This document shows positions 1 through 13,319 of a stretch of DNA of 64,000 bases, piece by piece. The notes below the pieces were generated by a model. The model was not told where the DNA came from. It searched no databases and worked only from the letters and a program-made list of their open reading frames with translations. A program made the position numbers and the translations under genes. Origin of the DNA: Squalus acanthias (Eukaryota); NCBI GenBank assembly GCA_030390025.1, contig CM059438.1, positions 61,940,001 through 62,004,000 of the forward strand, written 5' to 3'. Positions within the stretch are counted from its first letter, which is position 1, and every line of letters starts with the position of its first letter.

Positions 1-367
1 AGAAAACAAAAATCTTTCGGCCACTTTTTGTTCAGTTGTAACAATATTGGGACATTGAGGAGGGGAGACTTTGACTGGAAGTGGCGGTTGGAGATCGTGT
101 GATGAAACCTCCAGGAATGTGTCCAAGCAGAGTTGGCAACCCTCGCTTTCAATGTCCATGCAGTCCTTGGTCACTTTCTGCTGATCTGGGATTAATGCAG
201 TTTGAAAGTATTATTGATTGGGTTTAGTTTGCTTTAGAGGAGTAAAGCTGTCTCGGGCAGTTTAATCTGTTGTGTGCCAGTTATTAAAGGATAAGGATGT
301 GCAGGGCCACCATGCAGGCATGTTTTCCAAGGGTTGTGAGACTGTTCCCAGGTTAGTCCAGTCCGTT

Positions 368-2369
368 ATAACAACAGAAAACGCTGGAAAAACTCAGCAG
401 GCCAGGCAACATCCGTGGAGAGAGAAAGAGAGTTAACGTTTCAGGTCGAAACCCTTCGTCCGAACTGAGAGAGCAAGAAATAAACAGATAAAAATGCAAG
501 GGGGAGGCTGGGGGGAGGAATAAAAGAACAAAAGGGATGGTCTTAGTGAGTAGAGACATTGAGAGATGCTCAAGGCAAGACGAGATGGTAATGGGACAGG
601 TTGAGAAACAAAAGGTAAGGTGTGAAATGCTGGCAGAATCAGAGACAGCTGCCGTGGGGGGAGAGAGAGAAAAAAAAGGAAAAAGGCACGGACCAAAAGA
701 GTGGATAAAATGTATACATATGTGGTAGGGGCCGGGGTTATGATCTGAAATTGTTGAACTCGATATTGAGTCCGGAAGGCTGTAAAGTGCCTAAACGGAA
801 GATGAGGTGCTGTTCCTCGAGCTTACGCTGCGCTTCCGTGGAACAATGCAAGAGGCCGAGGACGGTGAGGTCTGAGTGAGCGTGGAGGGGTGAATTAAAA
901 TGACAAGCGACCGGAAGCTCAGGGTCACCCTTCCGGACTGAACGGAGGTGTTCCGCAAAGCGGTCACCCAATCTGCGTTTGGTCTCCCCAATGTAGAGGA
1001 GACCACATCGTGAGCAGCGAATACAGTATACTAGATTGCAAGAAGTACAAGTAAATCGCTGTTTCACCTGGAAGGGGTGTTTGGGGCCCTGGAGAGTGGG
1101 AAGGGGGGGTGTATAAGGGCAGGTGTTGCATCTCCTGCGCTTGCACGGGAAGGTGCCGGGCGAAGGGGAAGGGGTGCTGGGGGTGATAGAGGAGTGGACT
1201 AGGGTGTCTCGGAGGGAGCGGTCCCTACGGAATGCTGAAAGGGGAGGTGAGGGGAAGATACGTTTGGTGGTGGGATCACGTTGGAGGTGGCGGAAATGGC
1301 GGAGGATGATCCGTTGAATGTGGAGGCTGGTGGGGTGAAAGGTGAGGACAAGGGGAACTCTATCGTGGTTCCGGGAGGGAGGGGCCGGGGTGAGGGCAGA
1401 AGTGCGGGAGATGGAACGGACACGGTCGAGGGCCGTGTTGACCCCGGTAGAGGGGAATCCTCGGTTGAGGAAAAAGGAAGACATGTCGGAAGCACTGGTA
1501 TGGAAGGTGGCATCGTCGGAGCAGATGCGGCGGAGACGGAGAAACTGGGAGAAGGGAATAGAGTCCTTACAGGAGGTGGGGTGGGAGGAAGTGTAGTCCA
1601 GGTAGCTGTGGGAGTCAGTGGGCTTGTAGTAAATGTTGGTCAATAACCTATCCCCAGAGATGGAAACGGAGAAGTCGAGGAAGGGGAGGGAAGAGTCGGA
1701 GATGTACCATGTGAAGGTGAGGGAAGGGTGGAAATTGGAGGCAAAGTGAATGAAATTGTCTAGTTCAGGGCGAGAGCAGGAAACGGCACCGATACAGTCG
1801 TCAATGTACCGGAAAAAGAGGTGAGGGAGGGGACCCGAGTAGGACTGGAACAAAGAGTGTTCCACATATCCCACGAAAAGGCAGGCATAGCTGGGACCCA
1901 TGCGGGTACCCATAGCAACACCTTTGATTTGGAGGAAATGAGTGGAGTCAAAGGAGAAGTTGTTCAATGTGAAAACAAGTGCAGCCAGGCGGAAGAGGGT
2001 GGCGGTGGATGGGAACTGGTTGGGCCTCTGTTCAAGGAAGAAGCGGAGCGCCCTCAGGCCATCCTGGTGGGGGATGGAGGTGTAGAGGGATTGTACGTCC
2101 ATGGTGAAAAGGAGGCGGTTGGGGCCAGGAAACTGGAAACTGTTAAAGTGGCGGAGGGCGTCAGAGGAATCGCGGATGTAGGTGGGAAGGGACTGGACAA
2201 GGGGAGAAAAAATAGAATCGAGATAGGAAGAGATAAGTTCCGTGGGGCAAGAGCAGGCTGAAACGATGGGTCTACCAGGGCAGTCCTGTTTGTGGATCTT
2301 GGGAAGGAGGTAGAAGTGGGCTGTGCGGGGTTGGGGAACTATGAGGTTGGCGGCCGCGGGGGGAAGATC
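368..2369 (-). mobile_element. Penelope-like retroelement (Neptune-type), 5'-truncated, with RT + GIY-YIG ORF and 3' pLTR
   Basis: ORF 738-2435(-) has PLE RT motifs (YLLPKIHK, GVAMGT, RYIDD), a CKRRRCNTC linker and GIY-YIG (LVYCIRC...YIGET). TSD tccagtccgtt at 357-367 and 2370-2380. The first ~20 aa of the listed ORF lie outside the element. Confidence 0.93.
431..466 (-). ncRNA. Minimal type I hammerhead ribozyme motif in Penelope pLTR (core variant CGGACGA)
   Basis: Minus strand reads agtt-CGGACGA-a-gggt-ttcg-acct-GAAA-cg-tt-aact: stem I agtt/aact, stem II with UUCG loop, GAAACGUU. Confidence 0.7.
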
Positions 2370-2419
2370 TCCAGTCCGTTGGTAGGTAGTCATGATTCCG
2401 CCGTCACCGTACATGCCAA

Positions 2420-2710
2420 CAGCAACAACTTTCATTTATATACTGCCTTTAATGTAGTAAAACATCCCAAGGTGCTTCACAGGAGTGTAATCAGACAAAA
2501 ATTGATACCGAGCTAAAGGAGACATTAGGACAGATGCTTGGTCAAAGAGGTAGGTTTTAGGGAGCATCTTAAAGGAAGAGAGAGTTAGGGAGGGAATTCC
2601 AGAGCTTAGAGCCTAGGTGGCTGACAGCATGGTTGCCAATGGTTGGGTGAAGGAAATCAGGGATGCACTGAGAGTTGTAGGGCGGGCGAAGGTTACAGAG
2701 ATAGGGAGGC
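2420..2710 (-). mobile_element. L2-type LINE 3' fragment
   Basis: Reverse complement resembles the 3' end of the L2 copy at 52700-52980 (ctcctgtgaagcaccttgggatgttttactacattaaaggc). Confidence 0.7.
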
Positions 2711-3989
2711 AACAGTCAGTGTATTTGAGGAGCAAGTCAGTGTTTGTTGACACAAAGTAGCACAACTGGCTCCCCCTCTTCCCCTATCCCATTCTGATCC
2801 GAGTCCAGTGGCTAATTGCACTGCACAGGCCCCGCTCTTCCTCTTTGTGCAGCACCCAATGCTACTGGCCTGGATTTCCACCTGTATATTACAAGTGGGA
2901 ATCCCTGATGAGACAAAGGCAAGGTGGAGCAGGCAGAATGAATGCCAAAGGGGAAATGGAGAGGAAGGGTAGTGAAAGAGGGAGGGCAGAAAATGAAGGA
3001 GAAATTGATGGCAGTGAAGGAGTCAAGAGATGGCAATAGAGGGAAGGGGCAAATGGATGGTAATGAAGTGGGGAGGAAAAGGGGACAAAGCTGGGGGAGA
3101 AGTGCTTTGAGGAGAAGCTGGAAACATTGCTTTTGGGTGGGGGAGGAATGACAGTGCTAGCATTGACTGGGAGGGAGTGGGGAGATAAAAAGTGAAGTCT
3201 TCAGGGGGGAGTTAAGAGCACTAACGTGAACAGGGTAGAGTGGAAGAAGTGTACCAGCTTAACCGTGGGGGTGGTGGTGGCGGCGGGAGAGAGAGAGGAG
3301 AAGAAGAAGAAGAAATCCAACAAGGCGGGTTGGAGAAGAGATTGTCTCTGAGAGGGTGTGGATTGCTTGGGATACAATGTCTTTGACCTGGTTTTGCAGC
3401 GGCACAGTGCCTTAGTTAGCTTTTTGAAGTTGTTGGTTAGCATTTGTATTCTAGATTGGAATGTATGCATCATGTTGCGTTCCCTGGGACCCTTCTTGTC
3501 TGTATGACTCGGCTACCCACTAAATAAACTCGCTGAACCATTGTGGGAGATTTCTTCCCTTTTTAAACAATTATCTTGTTTGTTGATATGAATTCAGAGT
3601 TTACATAAAGACTCTAGGAATTATTTTGTTAGGAAGTTGAGTTCGGAGTTATTGTTACGAGTACATAAGAGGCTACCTGGTTTTTTTAAAAAAAAGGATT
3701 TTTTTCACTTTTCTCTCATCTGCCTCTACATCCCTGGGTGGGTGTCCTACTTTCAGGTTTCTGTGAATGTTGTTTTGAGACTGGCTGCTCAGAAGTGCTC
3801 TCGGGCAGTGTGGTAGGACTGTCAACATCTGGAAAGTGTTTGGAGTGAGATTTATAATCAAAAAGCATGAAGCAAATTACAAATGGAGTTGTTTATTTTT
3901 AGGAGCAAAATTCACCAAATACAGATGAAAATGAGTGTGTGTCACTCCAACTGAATGAGTTGATAGTTCTGATTTTCCATGCACTTTTT

Positions 3990-5445
3990 GTGGGGAACAT
4001 GGGAACTGGAGTAGTCATTTAGCCTCTCGAGCCTGTTTCGCCATTCAATTATGTCATGGCTGCTCTGTCTCTTAACTCCATTCACACGCCTTGGTTCCAT
4101 AACCCTTAATATCCATGCCCAACAAAAATCTATCAATCTCAGTTTTGAAATTTTCAATTGACCTAGCTTCAACAGCTTTTTTGGAGAGTTTTCCAGATTT
4201 CCATTACCTTTTGTGTGCAGAAGTGCTTCCTGACATCACCCCTGAACGGCCTAGCTCTAATTTTAAGGTTATGCCTCCTTGTTCTGCACTCCCCCACCAG
4301 AGGAAATGGGTTCTCTCTATCTACCCTATTAAATCCTTTAATCATCTTAAACACCTCAATTAGATTACCCCTTAATCTTCTGTACTCAAGGGAATATAAG
4401 CCTGTGGTTCCTGCTCAGTCACCTGAATATCATAGAATGATACAGCACAGAAGGAGGCCCATATTGTCTATCCTCATTCTTCCTACCAATATGTATCACA
4501 TCACACTTCTCTGCATTAAATTTATCTCCCCATTTTAACAGTCTGTCTATGTCCTCCTGAAGTCTGTTACTATCCTCCTCATTGTTTACTACATTTCCGA
4601 GTTTCGTATCATCTGCAAACTTTGAAATTATGCCCTGTATACCCGAGTCCAGGTCATTAATATATATCAAAAAGAGCAGTGGTTCTAATACTGACCCCTG
4701 GGGAACCACCACTGCACACTTTCCTTCAGTCTGGAAAAACAACCATTCATCAATACTCTCTGCTTTCCATCCCTTAGCCAATTTTGTATCCATGCTGCCA
4801 CCGTCCCTTTAATCTCATGGGCTTCAATTTTGCTAACGGGTTTATTATGTGGTATTTTATCAAACGCCTTTTGAAAGTCCATATACACAACATCAACCGA
4901 TCTACCCTCTCTGTTACTTCATCAAAGAACTCAATCAAGTTAGCTTTCATTTATTAGCCGATACTTTTCCAAATGCCAATTAATTTTGTCCTAGATTATT
5001 ACGTCTCAAATTTTTCCCACCACCGACGTTAGATTGGCCTGTAGTTGCTGGGTTTATCCCTCTCCCCTTTTTTTGAACAGGGGTGTAACATTTGCAATCC
5101 TCCAGTCCTCTGGTACCACTCCCATATCTAAGGAGGATTGGAAGATTGTGGCCAGAGCCTCCACAATTTCCACCCTTGCTTCTCTCAGTAACCTGGGATC
5201 CATCCCATCCGGACCAGGTGACTTTTCTTCTTTGAGCGCTGCCAACCTTTTAAGTACCTCCTATCTATTTTTATCCTATCCAATATATCTACAACCTCCT
5301 CCTTTACAGTGACATTGGCAGCATCCTCTTTTTCGTAAAGACAGATGCAAAGTACTCATTTAGTACCTCAGCCATGCCCTCTGCCTCCACAAGAAGATCT
5401 CCTTTTTGGTCCATAATTGGCCCCACCCTTCCTCTGACTACCCTG
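3990..5445 (-). mobile_element. Degenerate CR1 LINE (RT region and 3' end), fragmented
   Basis: Minus-strand ORF fragments KSPGPDGMDPRLLRE, YMDFQKAFDK, PQGSVL, KFADDTKL, plus CR1 3' tail. Confidence 0.85.
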
Positions 5446-6784
5446 GCTACAAGTGTGTGAAACGTGGATGCAAACTCTACAGCATCGCTCTGTGGCATCG
5501 AGCATTGGGTATCTCCTGCTTTTAGAAACAAGAAATGGGCATTAGGCTAAACAAGTATGCCTTCTTTGATAGGTCCAAACTCCACCTTATTGTCATATCC
5601 CCATATCTCTTCAGAATTCATCTAATTGCCTCTTGAACATAATTAATGCTGTTTGCTTCCAAGCCTTCCCTGGTAACTTATTGTACAAGCCCACTGTCCT
5701 TATATTGTGAAAAAAATCCATCTCATGACTGTTGCACAATCTTCATTGCCTATTTAAGAGCTCTGCAGTTTATTTCATTCAGGGAATTTATTGGTTTTGA
5801 GCCCGTGATTCTATGTCGAACCTCCACTTCATTAATGTCAAAGTCCCAGAGGACAAATTATGTGTGTTTAATGTTGGTTGATATGTGGGGGATGTCTTCA
5901 GTAGTTTGTGTCTCCAGAGCAAGTTTCTTTCATTATCATCTTCCACACTGCCACTGCAGCAGGGAGTGCTTGGATTGCATTTTTGTAAACAACTACACAA
6001 AAAATAGTGCAATTTAAACATTGAGCTGGTTAAATGAAGAGGGATATGCCAATTTGGTGTTGTGGTTGACAAACCGTGATTAAGCAATTAAATATTCCTC
6101 CAGTTTAACTTTTTTGTATGTAATTTCCTATTTTCTTCACTCTGCTCAATTACTCGTTATGATGGTATGACTGAGATTGGAAATCTGTAGAAAATGAACA
6201 TGGGAGTTGACTTGAATCACTTTCAATGTAGCTTGAAAGCTTGGTAAAGAGCATATACAGTGCTGTTCATTATAGCATCACGCAGATTAACTCGACATAG
6301 AAATTATAACATGGAAACAGGCCAGTCGGCCCAACCAGTCCGTGCTGATGTTTATCCTCCACACACTCACTAGTCTTAATCTCAACAGCCTGCTTTATTC
6401 CCACATCCCTGTTATCTCCCTCTCCCATCCAAACTATCTTAAATGTTGATATGATCTCTGCTTCAATCATTTTTACACAGGGTTGTGAGGTATTACTTCT
6501 AACTTCTCTGGATACTTGTAATCTATTGTTCTGGCTGTGTTTCTGTTCCATTTCTAAGTTTCCTTCTGCCACTTCATTTATTGTATACTTACGCAATTGT
6601 ACTTGTGTACAGTTTTTCAGCCAGTGTGAAATACTTTACATTTAATAAAAATAACTTTTATATAGCCCCAAATCACATTCAGACAGCTGAAGGTAGTTTG
6701 AAATGCAGTGACTGGTATGTAGGCAAATATTTCTGTATTGCATTTAATTTGCCATTTGTCTGCCCAATTGCAAAGCTGATCTAA

Positions 6785-7190
6785 ATAGAATCGTACAGCA
6801 CAGAAGGAGGCCATTTAGCTGATCACACTCTGTCAAAGATCTGTCCACTTACTCCCATTCCCTTGCCCTTTCCCCATACCCCTTTATATTTTTCTTTTTA
6901 AAGTAGTGTAAAACATTCCATGGTTTAGTAGAAATTGGCAAGTCGCCTGACCGCTCTGCTGACTCCAGTCCTTGTGTGGCTATAAAGTGTCGAGCAATAT
7001 TTTTCAATGTATTTTTTATTGAGAACCTGAAGTGAACGGTCAAGACCCACGGTGCAGGACATAGAATCATAGAATGATACAACACAGAAGGAGGCCATTC
7101 GGCCCATTGTGCCTGTGCTAGCTCTTTGGTAGAGCTATCCAGGTAATTCCACTCCCCTGCTCTTTCCGCATGTAAGTGTTTTCCCTTCAA
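6785..7190 (-). mobile_element. Two short CR1-type 3' tail fragments
   Basis: Repeated (c)atagaat...acagcacagaaggaggccatt motif, the reverse complement of the CR1 tails at 35470-35510 and 55945-55985. Confidence 0.65.
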
Positions 7191-7771
7191 GGGAAGCTGG
7201 CCAAGAAATAATGGTTAGGTGACATCATACCTGGTTTTTAAAGATGTTTAGATTGTTTAGATCTTGGGAGTAAGGGAAAACTGAAGGAGGTAAGGAGTTC
7301 CACAGTTGTTGAGGTCCTGGGAAAGATTAGTTGGAGTAGGAGATGGTGTGATGAGTTGTGATTTCAGAGAGGGGGAAGAGCATGTGGGTGGGTGTATTTG
7401 GAGCTTGGCAGGAACAAAAGGGGAATTCTGAGGAACAGTAATCATCGTAGAATTCATAAAATAGAAAAAGAGAAGTTGCAACAGAGTGAGGTTGAAAGCT
7501 GGAGATGAGACAGGGAAGAGTTAAGTGTACTCTACAGACCCTTTAACATAAGCACGTTCTATGGCCCAAGTCCTACTGTAAAGTTAATGATTTTTGTATT
7601 CATCTAAAGAGACAATTTGACCTATAAGTGAGTGTTTTATTATATTAACATCATGCTCAAACAAAGTAGCGGGTTTGTATAACTTCAAAGTAATTATGTC
7701 TGGAAAGTATTTCACAGTAAATAAATTGTACCCCAGTTGGTGGGATTGGATGTGAGGGTCCTACATACAAT

Positions 7772-8723
7772 GGGGTAGAGTTTCCGCTTTGGGTGAAAAT
7801 TGCGCTCAAAATTACGCTAGTTTTCAGATGTGATTTTTTGTTGTTGTTCATTTGCATATCACTGAACGTAAAATCTTCCATGAGTCAGTATAATCGGGCA
7901 GCGTTTTAGAATGTTATTTTTTTTGCATTTAAAAAATATTCCTTGATTATATTTGAGTGGTAACCTGATGCAATTTTATTAATACAGCTAAAAATGGGTT
8001 TATCACCAAAAAATAAGCATTTTTAAACCCTGTCTAGTCCCCAACCTGTTTTTACTACATTACAATGACTACACTTCAAAAAGTACTTCATTGGCTGTAA
8101 AGCGCTTTGGGACGTCCTGAGGTCGTGAAAGGTGCTATATAAATGCAAGTCTATCTTTTTTTTCTATTTTAAATAACTGAAAATGACTTTTAAAAAAAAA
8201 AAATACAGAACCATTCACTAGTTTTGTTGGTGTACAGCAGGCAGTTTCTTAGTAAATTTAATATTTATAGGTGCCTATTAGTGTCCTTGCGCCCTTTTCT
8301 TAAAAAAAAAGCTTAATTTTAAGAGCCTCCTCGAAGGCAGATTCAATCGTGGCTTTCAAAAGAGAATTGGATCAGTACCTGAAGGAAAAAAATTTGCAGG
8401 GCTACGGGGAAAGGGCGGAGGAGTGGGACTAGCTGAAGTGCTCTTGCAGAGAGCCGGCACTGGCTGAATGGCCTCCCTCTGTGCTGTAACCATTCTATGA
8501 TTCTAAGGCCTGAAAACGAGTGCAATTAGCGGAAACTCGCCATGGTGATTCATTTGATTTTGTGGGCGGGGCCGGCTTCCAGCGCGATGTTTTTTTAAAC
8601 TAGCGCACAAGATTGCAGAAACTTGATTTGCGTTTGAAATTCATCGAACTCTTGCGCTGGTTTGGCCGATTTTGGGTGAATTGCGCTGAAAAAACCAGCG
8701 CAACTTAGCGGAAACTCCAGGAC
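7772..8723. mobile_element. MITE-like non-autonomous DNA transposon containing a SINE tail (about 8050-8160) and a CR1 tail (about 8330-8505)
   Basis: Imperfect terminal inverted repeats ggggtagagtttccgct / agcggaaactccaggac; CpG-rich subterminal regions. Confidence 0.55.
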
Positions 8724-9785
8724 AAAGTGTTTTGGCAACCTCAATGCACTTCCAGTACAAAACTCTAGTTTGGGAATCAAATAGCAACACTGATACAGTA
8801 GGTGGTATTTTGAGTTGGGGCAAAAGCACATTGTTGAAGCAGAATAGAGGGAGCTTTACTCTTCATCGAACAGTGTTTTGCCTGACCTGAACTCTTGATG
8901 CTGACACGGGATGACTGAAATGGGAAGGTTTTCTTTTCCTCGGTGCTAACTTTCAGCATAAAAATAACAAAGAAAAAGTACATCTAATTTGAATTTACTT
9001 ATTTAAGATTCAATTTTTATGGTTAATGCAATTGAGAAAATGCTTGCCTAAATGGGTGCCAATAAATCAATCTACCATGTCAGGAGGTTCCAAGCTTTTT
9101 GTCTTTGTGGGCCGCTTAGGTGCGTAACGTGCAACTTTGGTGGGGGACGGCAAGCGGGGGGAAAAGACACGTAGAAAATTTTAAATCGGTGTTTACATCA
9201 GTTTGCATATAACTCAACATCTAGGTGTTCTGAATTGGCATTTATCCACCAATAATGCAACAGCAAAAAGGACAGCCATTTCCAAACTTTCAGACCCATG
9301 AATTTCAGATTGGACTACATGTGGTCTATGTGGCACAGCTTGGAGACCATTTTGCTGTGTAAATGGGCAACCCTATCATACCTATCTATGAACATAAGCT
9401 AGATAAACACATGAGGGAGAAAGGAATAGAAGGTTATACCGATGGCGCCAGATGAAGAGGGTTGGGGGAAGAGGCTCGTGTGGAGCATGGATCATTTGGG
9501 CTGCATGGCCTGTTTCTGTGCTGTACATTCTATAATATATTAAAATCAGTGTTTTGTAAAATGTGTGTTTTTATTATTCAGGTTATTTGAAATAACATTG
9601 TAATACTGCCTTTTGTACCATTTGCCATTCACAGTTGGGACTACTGATTTGCTAAACAATTAAAATGACTTTTTGTATCGGTGGATTTTGCCTTGTCTTG
9701 ATTGGGTGTTAAATGTCAATTTTCTCCTTTTAGATGCTGCAGTTCTTCTGAATGATTACTCTAGGTCCTGGAATGAGTGATTGAC

Positions 9786-9926
9786 ATGGAGGCTCGATGC
9801 ATGGCTCGAACCCTGCAGGTGGTGGATACGGAGTATAGTGCGGATGCTGTAGAATGGTGCCCCATTGACATGTGGCATAATGTACTGACCTGTGGTACTT
9901 ACCAACTAAAGAGTCCCGACGAGAAG
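9786..9926 (+). CDS. DPH7: DPH7 (diphthine methyl ester esterase, WDR85) coding exon 1
   Basis: MEARCMARTLQVVDTEYSADAVEWCP...CGTYQL matches the DPH7 N-terminus as I recall it; GT donor at 9927, phase 0. Alternative in-frame ATG at 9801. Confidence 0.93.
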
Positions 9927-10426
9927 GTACAGTGCCGTGCACAGGGAGGGAACTCGGTTGATGCAGAGTAGGTCCCTCTTTAGTTATCATTAGGAGTACT
10001 GCAGTCTGATCTGACTTGAAGACTGGAGTGAGACGCAGGTTTTTAATGAACCAAAGCAGGAGTTCCCCCGATGGTCCTGATCAATACAGATTAGGAAGGC
10101 CTGTGTTGATCTCAGCTGGGCAGCAGCAGGGATACCACAATTATCCTGAGAACTCCTGGGCTGTGGGGAATAATAAAACAGCTTGGCTTTAACACTCCTG
10201 ATTGCTGTCCACTGACCTGTTGCACAGTGTGTCTGTAGAGACGATTGTTGAGGGCAGGAACGGGTTCAGCTGTGATTCCTTTCACAGTCGAAGTACCTCC
10301 CTCAAAAACACCGTTTTACAAAGATCCACATCAGAGAGCTCTCTTGAATTTAGCATTGATTAGCAGTCTTGTATTTGACTCATATTGGGGTTTTTAATTG
10401 ATTTACTTGTAACTTTGACTTTTCAG

Positions 10427-10566
10427 GGTGCAGGAGACTCTGAAAGTAATGAGCCCCACCTGCGACAGGGGCGTCTTTACCTCTACTGCTTCCGTCAGGA
10501 TCAGCTTTATTCTCCATTAACAGAGATACAGAGGATTGAAATGCCTGCAATATTAGATCTCAAATG
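10427..10566 (+). CDS. DPH7: DPH7 coding exon 2
   Basis: tttcag acceptor; [20 protein letters not shown]...AILDLKW; gtaagc donor, phase 2. Confidence 0.95.
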
Positions 10567-12058
10567 GTAAGCATTGAAGAGACAGGGTGCACAGTCACAT
10601 AGTGTTATCCATTGATAAATTCCCCTTCCATGTGTAGCCAGTAAAATCTTCCATTTGTCTCACCACCTCCAGAAAGCATTGACTCATTCTGGCAAATGTG
10701 CTGGCAACCAATTTGTATCTCATCCAAATCCCATTCTTCAGAGCCTAAACAGTGAGTAGCAGCAAGCTGTTTGACCATGACAGGGTGTCTCATAGTTGAG
10801 CGCCCAATCCTGTTGTCATCTGTCATCCACACATGCTCCTTCCAGTAAGGCTCACCTATGACGTTTTGAGATTTTTACCCTTTAACCTAGGAGGGCTTTT
10901 GGACGTTTGATATTAAGTTAAATTCAGCTCAGTGGGAGGTTAAATCCAAAACACATAGCTTTTGGGAATGCAGATTAGAATTTAGCACATAGCATTTATC
11001 AAAGGATTGTATTTTTTGCATACCACGTCGGTTTGAGGCAAAGAGATTTGCTAACGCATTCCAGAGAGGAAATTGGTTGCAGACTGTTGGAATGGCTTCA
11101 TTTGGGTGGGGGAGGGAGTACTACCAGGGAAGCTCACGCCGAAGTAGCTGGTTTGATTGGCAGCTCAGCTGGCCAATCCGTGGACACATATACCTGGAGA
11201 GGGTCAGAGGTCAAGCCTTTGGCCTTCTGTCCAGCTAAGTAAGGTTACAAAAGTCTGAGAGCGCGAGACTCGAGGAGGGAGGATTCTCTCCGAAAGCTTA
11301 ATGTTGACTACTTTCCTAGAAATTATTGGGTAAGAAAAGTGTATTTAGCCTGCTAACTCTAGTGCGGCGTACTTCGTTGCTTCTGTGTTATGAGTACAAA
11401 CTAGGTTGATATTCACTCTAAATATTAACTGTTTGTTCACTTATTATTTGCAAGTTAAATCAGCTTGTTTATAATTGTTCTCTTCTTACTAAACTGTTTG
11501 TCAGTCTGTCTTTTTGGATGCTAAGAGAAATGAACATGAGGTGGGGGGGCGGGGGGGAAACATGCGAGATTATATTATCCAGTTCGCATAAAGGACATTC
11601 ATGGTTATCACCTCTGGGCCATGTTATTGTATGACTAGATATTGGGCAGTAAAAGTAAACTCCTGATGGTAAGGCTCTGCTTACGGGAGAGACCAGTGAT
11701 GTTGAACCCGAAGGAATGTCTTGTGCAGACCTGAAATTTTTTAAGAGTCACTTTGTAGCAGTCAGGACAGGAACCCAGGCCAAATTAATTAGAGAGACCC
11801 CTCTTCTAATCCAATGATGGTGGATCAGTTGTAGCACTCCTACTGCTGTCCCAGCTGCTAGCTAACTCAGTACAGACTGGGGACCTAACCTGGGATTGTT
11901 GTGATCTGCACGTTTGATGCTGGGGAGTGCACCTATCATTTGAGGAGCATGATTCTTAAATGTCTGGTATTTTGGTTAACTGTGAAACTTTGACTGACTA
12001 ACTGGTTTTCTATCCGGTGAACTGTGCACTTTGATAGTTAAAGCTATTTTGACTGCAG

Positions 12059-12146
12059 GTGTCATGTACCAGTGGCTGGGCATCCTGTACTGGGCATAGC
12101 GAATGCTGAGGGAAGTCTGGAACTGTGTAATCTGACACCATGTGAG
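12059..12146 (+). CDS. DPH7: DPH7 coding exon 3
   Basis: tgcag acceptor; (W)CHVPVAGHPVLGIANAEGSLELCNLTPCE; gtatgt donor, phase 0. Confidence 0.95.
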
Positions 12147-12214
12147 GTATGTGGATTCATTTTTTTAAGTGATTATTAAAGGAAAGCTTTTGAGATGCTA
12201 ATAACCTGTACATT

Positions 12215-12974
12215 GGCCCAAAAATTCGGCCGTTCTCAGGTGAGTACTCAGTGCGTACTCACCCGTACTCATTCCCGAAGTGCCGGTTTCCTGCATGCGC
12301 GGGAAACCGGCACTTCCGGTATGGCGAAGGGGGCGGTTCCTAGGTGAACCGCGTGCGCACTAGAGGCTGCGTGCACGCAGCACACTTAGGTTTTTTATCA
12401 GGTTTCTACGCGAGGGTAAGTATGGAAGAAACTACGCTAGTAAAAAGGAGGCGTAAGACCCCTTTTGAACAAGGTAAGTAGTTAATTTAGTATAATTTAA
12501 AATTTTTTTCAACAGGTTCATCTTTTTTAGAGACTTTAAAGAAAGGTAAGTTTATTTTTATAACTTTTAAAAAGTGCAGGTATTTTAATTTTTTCAAAAA
12601 TTAAAATTTTTGTTTAAAGTGGTTAATTTATTTAACTATAGTTATTTTATTAATGTGATGGTTTAAAAAAAAAAAATTATTTGAGGTTTAGCTGTTCTTT
12701 TGGGGCCGATTTCAATTCACAGATTTGACAGGTCCCTGTCAAATCTATGAATGAAAGATGGTCTGCTGCCATTGGCTCTCCATGGCCCACGTGATCCCAG
12801 GGGTCGCATCGCACTAACTGCGCCCCTGGGACACGCACACACTGCGCGCCGGCACTAGGGAGAGGCCCGGGACCCGAAGTTCCTGTGGGCCCGAAACACA
12901 ACGGCAGGCGCGGTAGGTGATATCGCGCGCGATCCTTACCCCCGCGGCAAGCCTCCGAATCGAATTTCTAGGCC
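12215..12974. mobile_element. MITE (Harbinger-like) in DPH7 intron
   Basis: TIRs ggcccaaaaattcg / cgaatttctaggcc, 3-bp flanks att/agt, GC-rich ends with AT-rich core. Confidence 0.65.
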
Positions 12975-13319
12975 AGTATTTACTTTATCTGTATTTGTAT
13001 TCTGTGCATGTAATTTTGTTATATATATCACACAATGCATTTAAAATAATGCTTTAACTGAATTTATATTTTTCATTCAAATATCAGTGTGTTGGGATGT
13101 GGTTTGTGTCTGTAGTTCCCCACACAGTACGCTCCTAATGGTGGGAAAATAGGAGTGAACCAATTATCAGTTATTGTAATAGGGAAATGGCTAAATGGGG
13201 AATTTATCATGATATCCTGCTTGGAATATGGCAGTATCCTCAAGTTCTTGTGCAATATTAAATTATTCACAAACTGAAATTTTAAAAAAAATCAGTGAAC
13301 TTTAATTTTGATATAACTT

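Noticed and set aside
2370..2435. N-terminus of the Penelope ORF (MKVVAVGMYG...)
   Set aside because: Lies outside the TSD; chance read-through into flanking DNA.
3270..3400. Candidate non-coding first exon of DPH7
   Set aside because: Purine-rich low-complexity sequence with no CpG island or convincing donor; cannot be supported.
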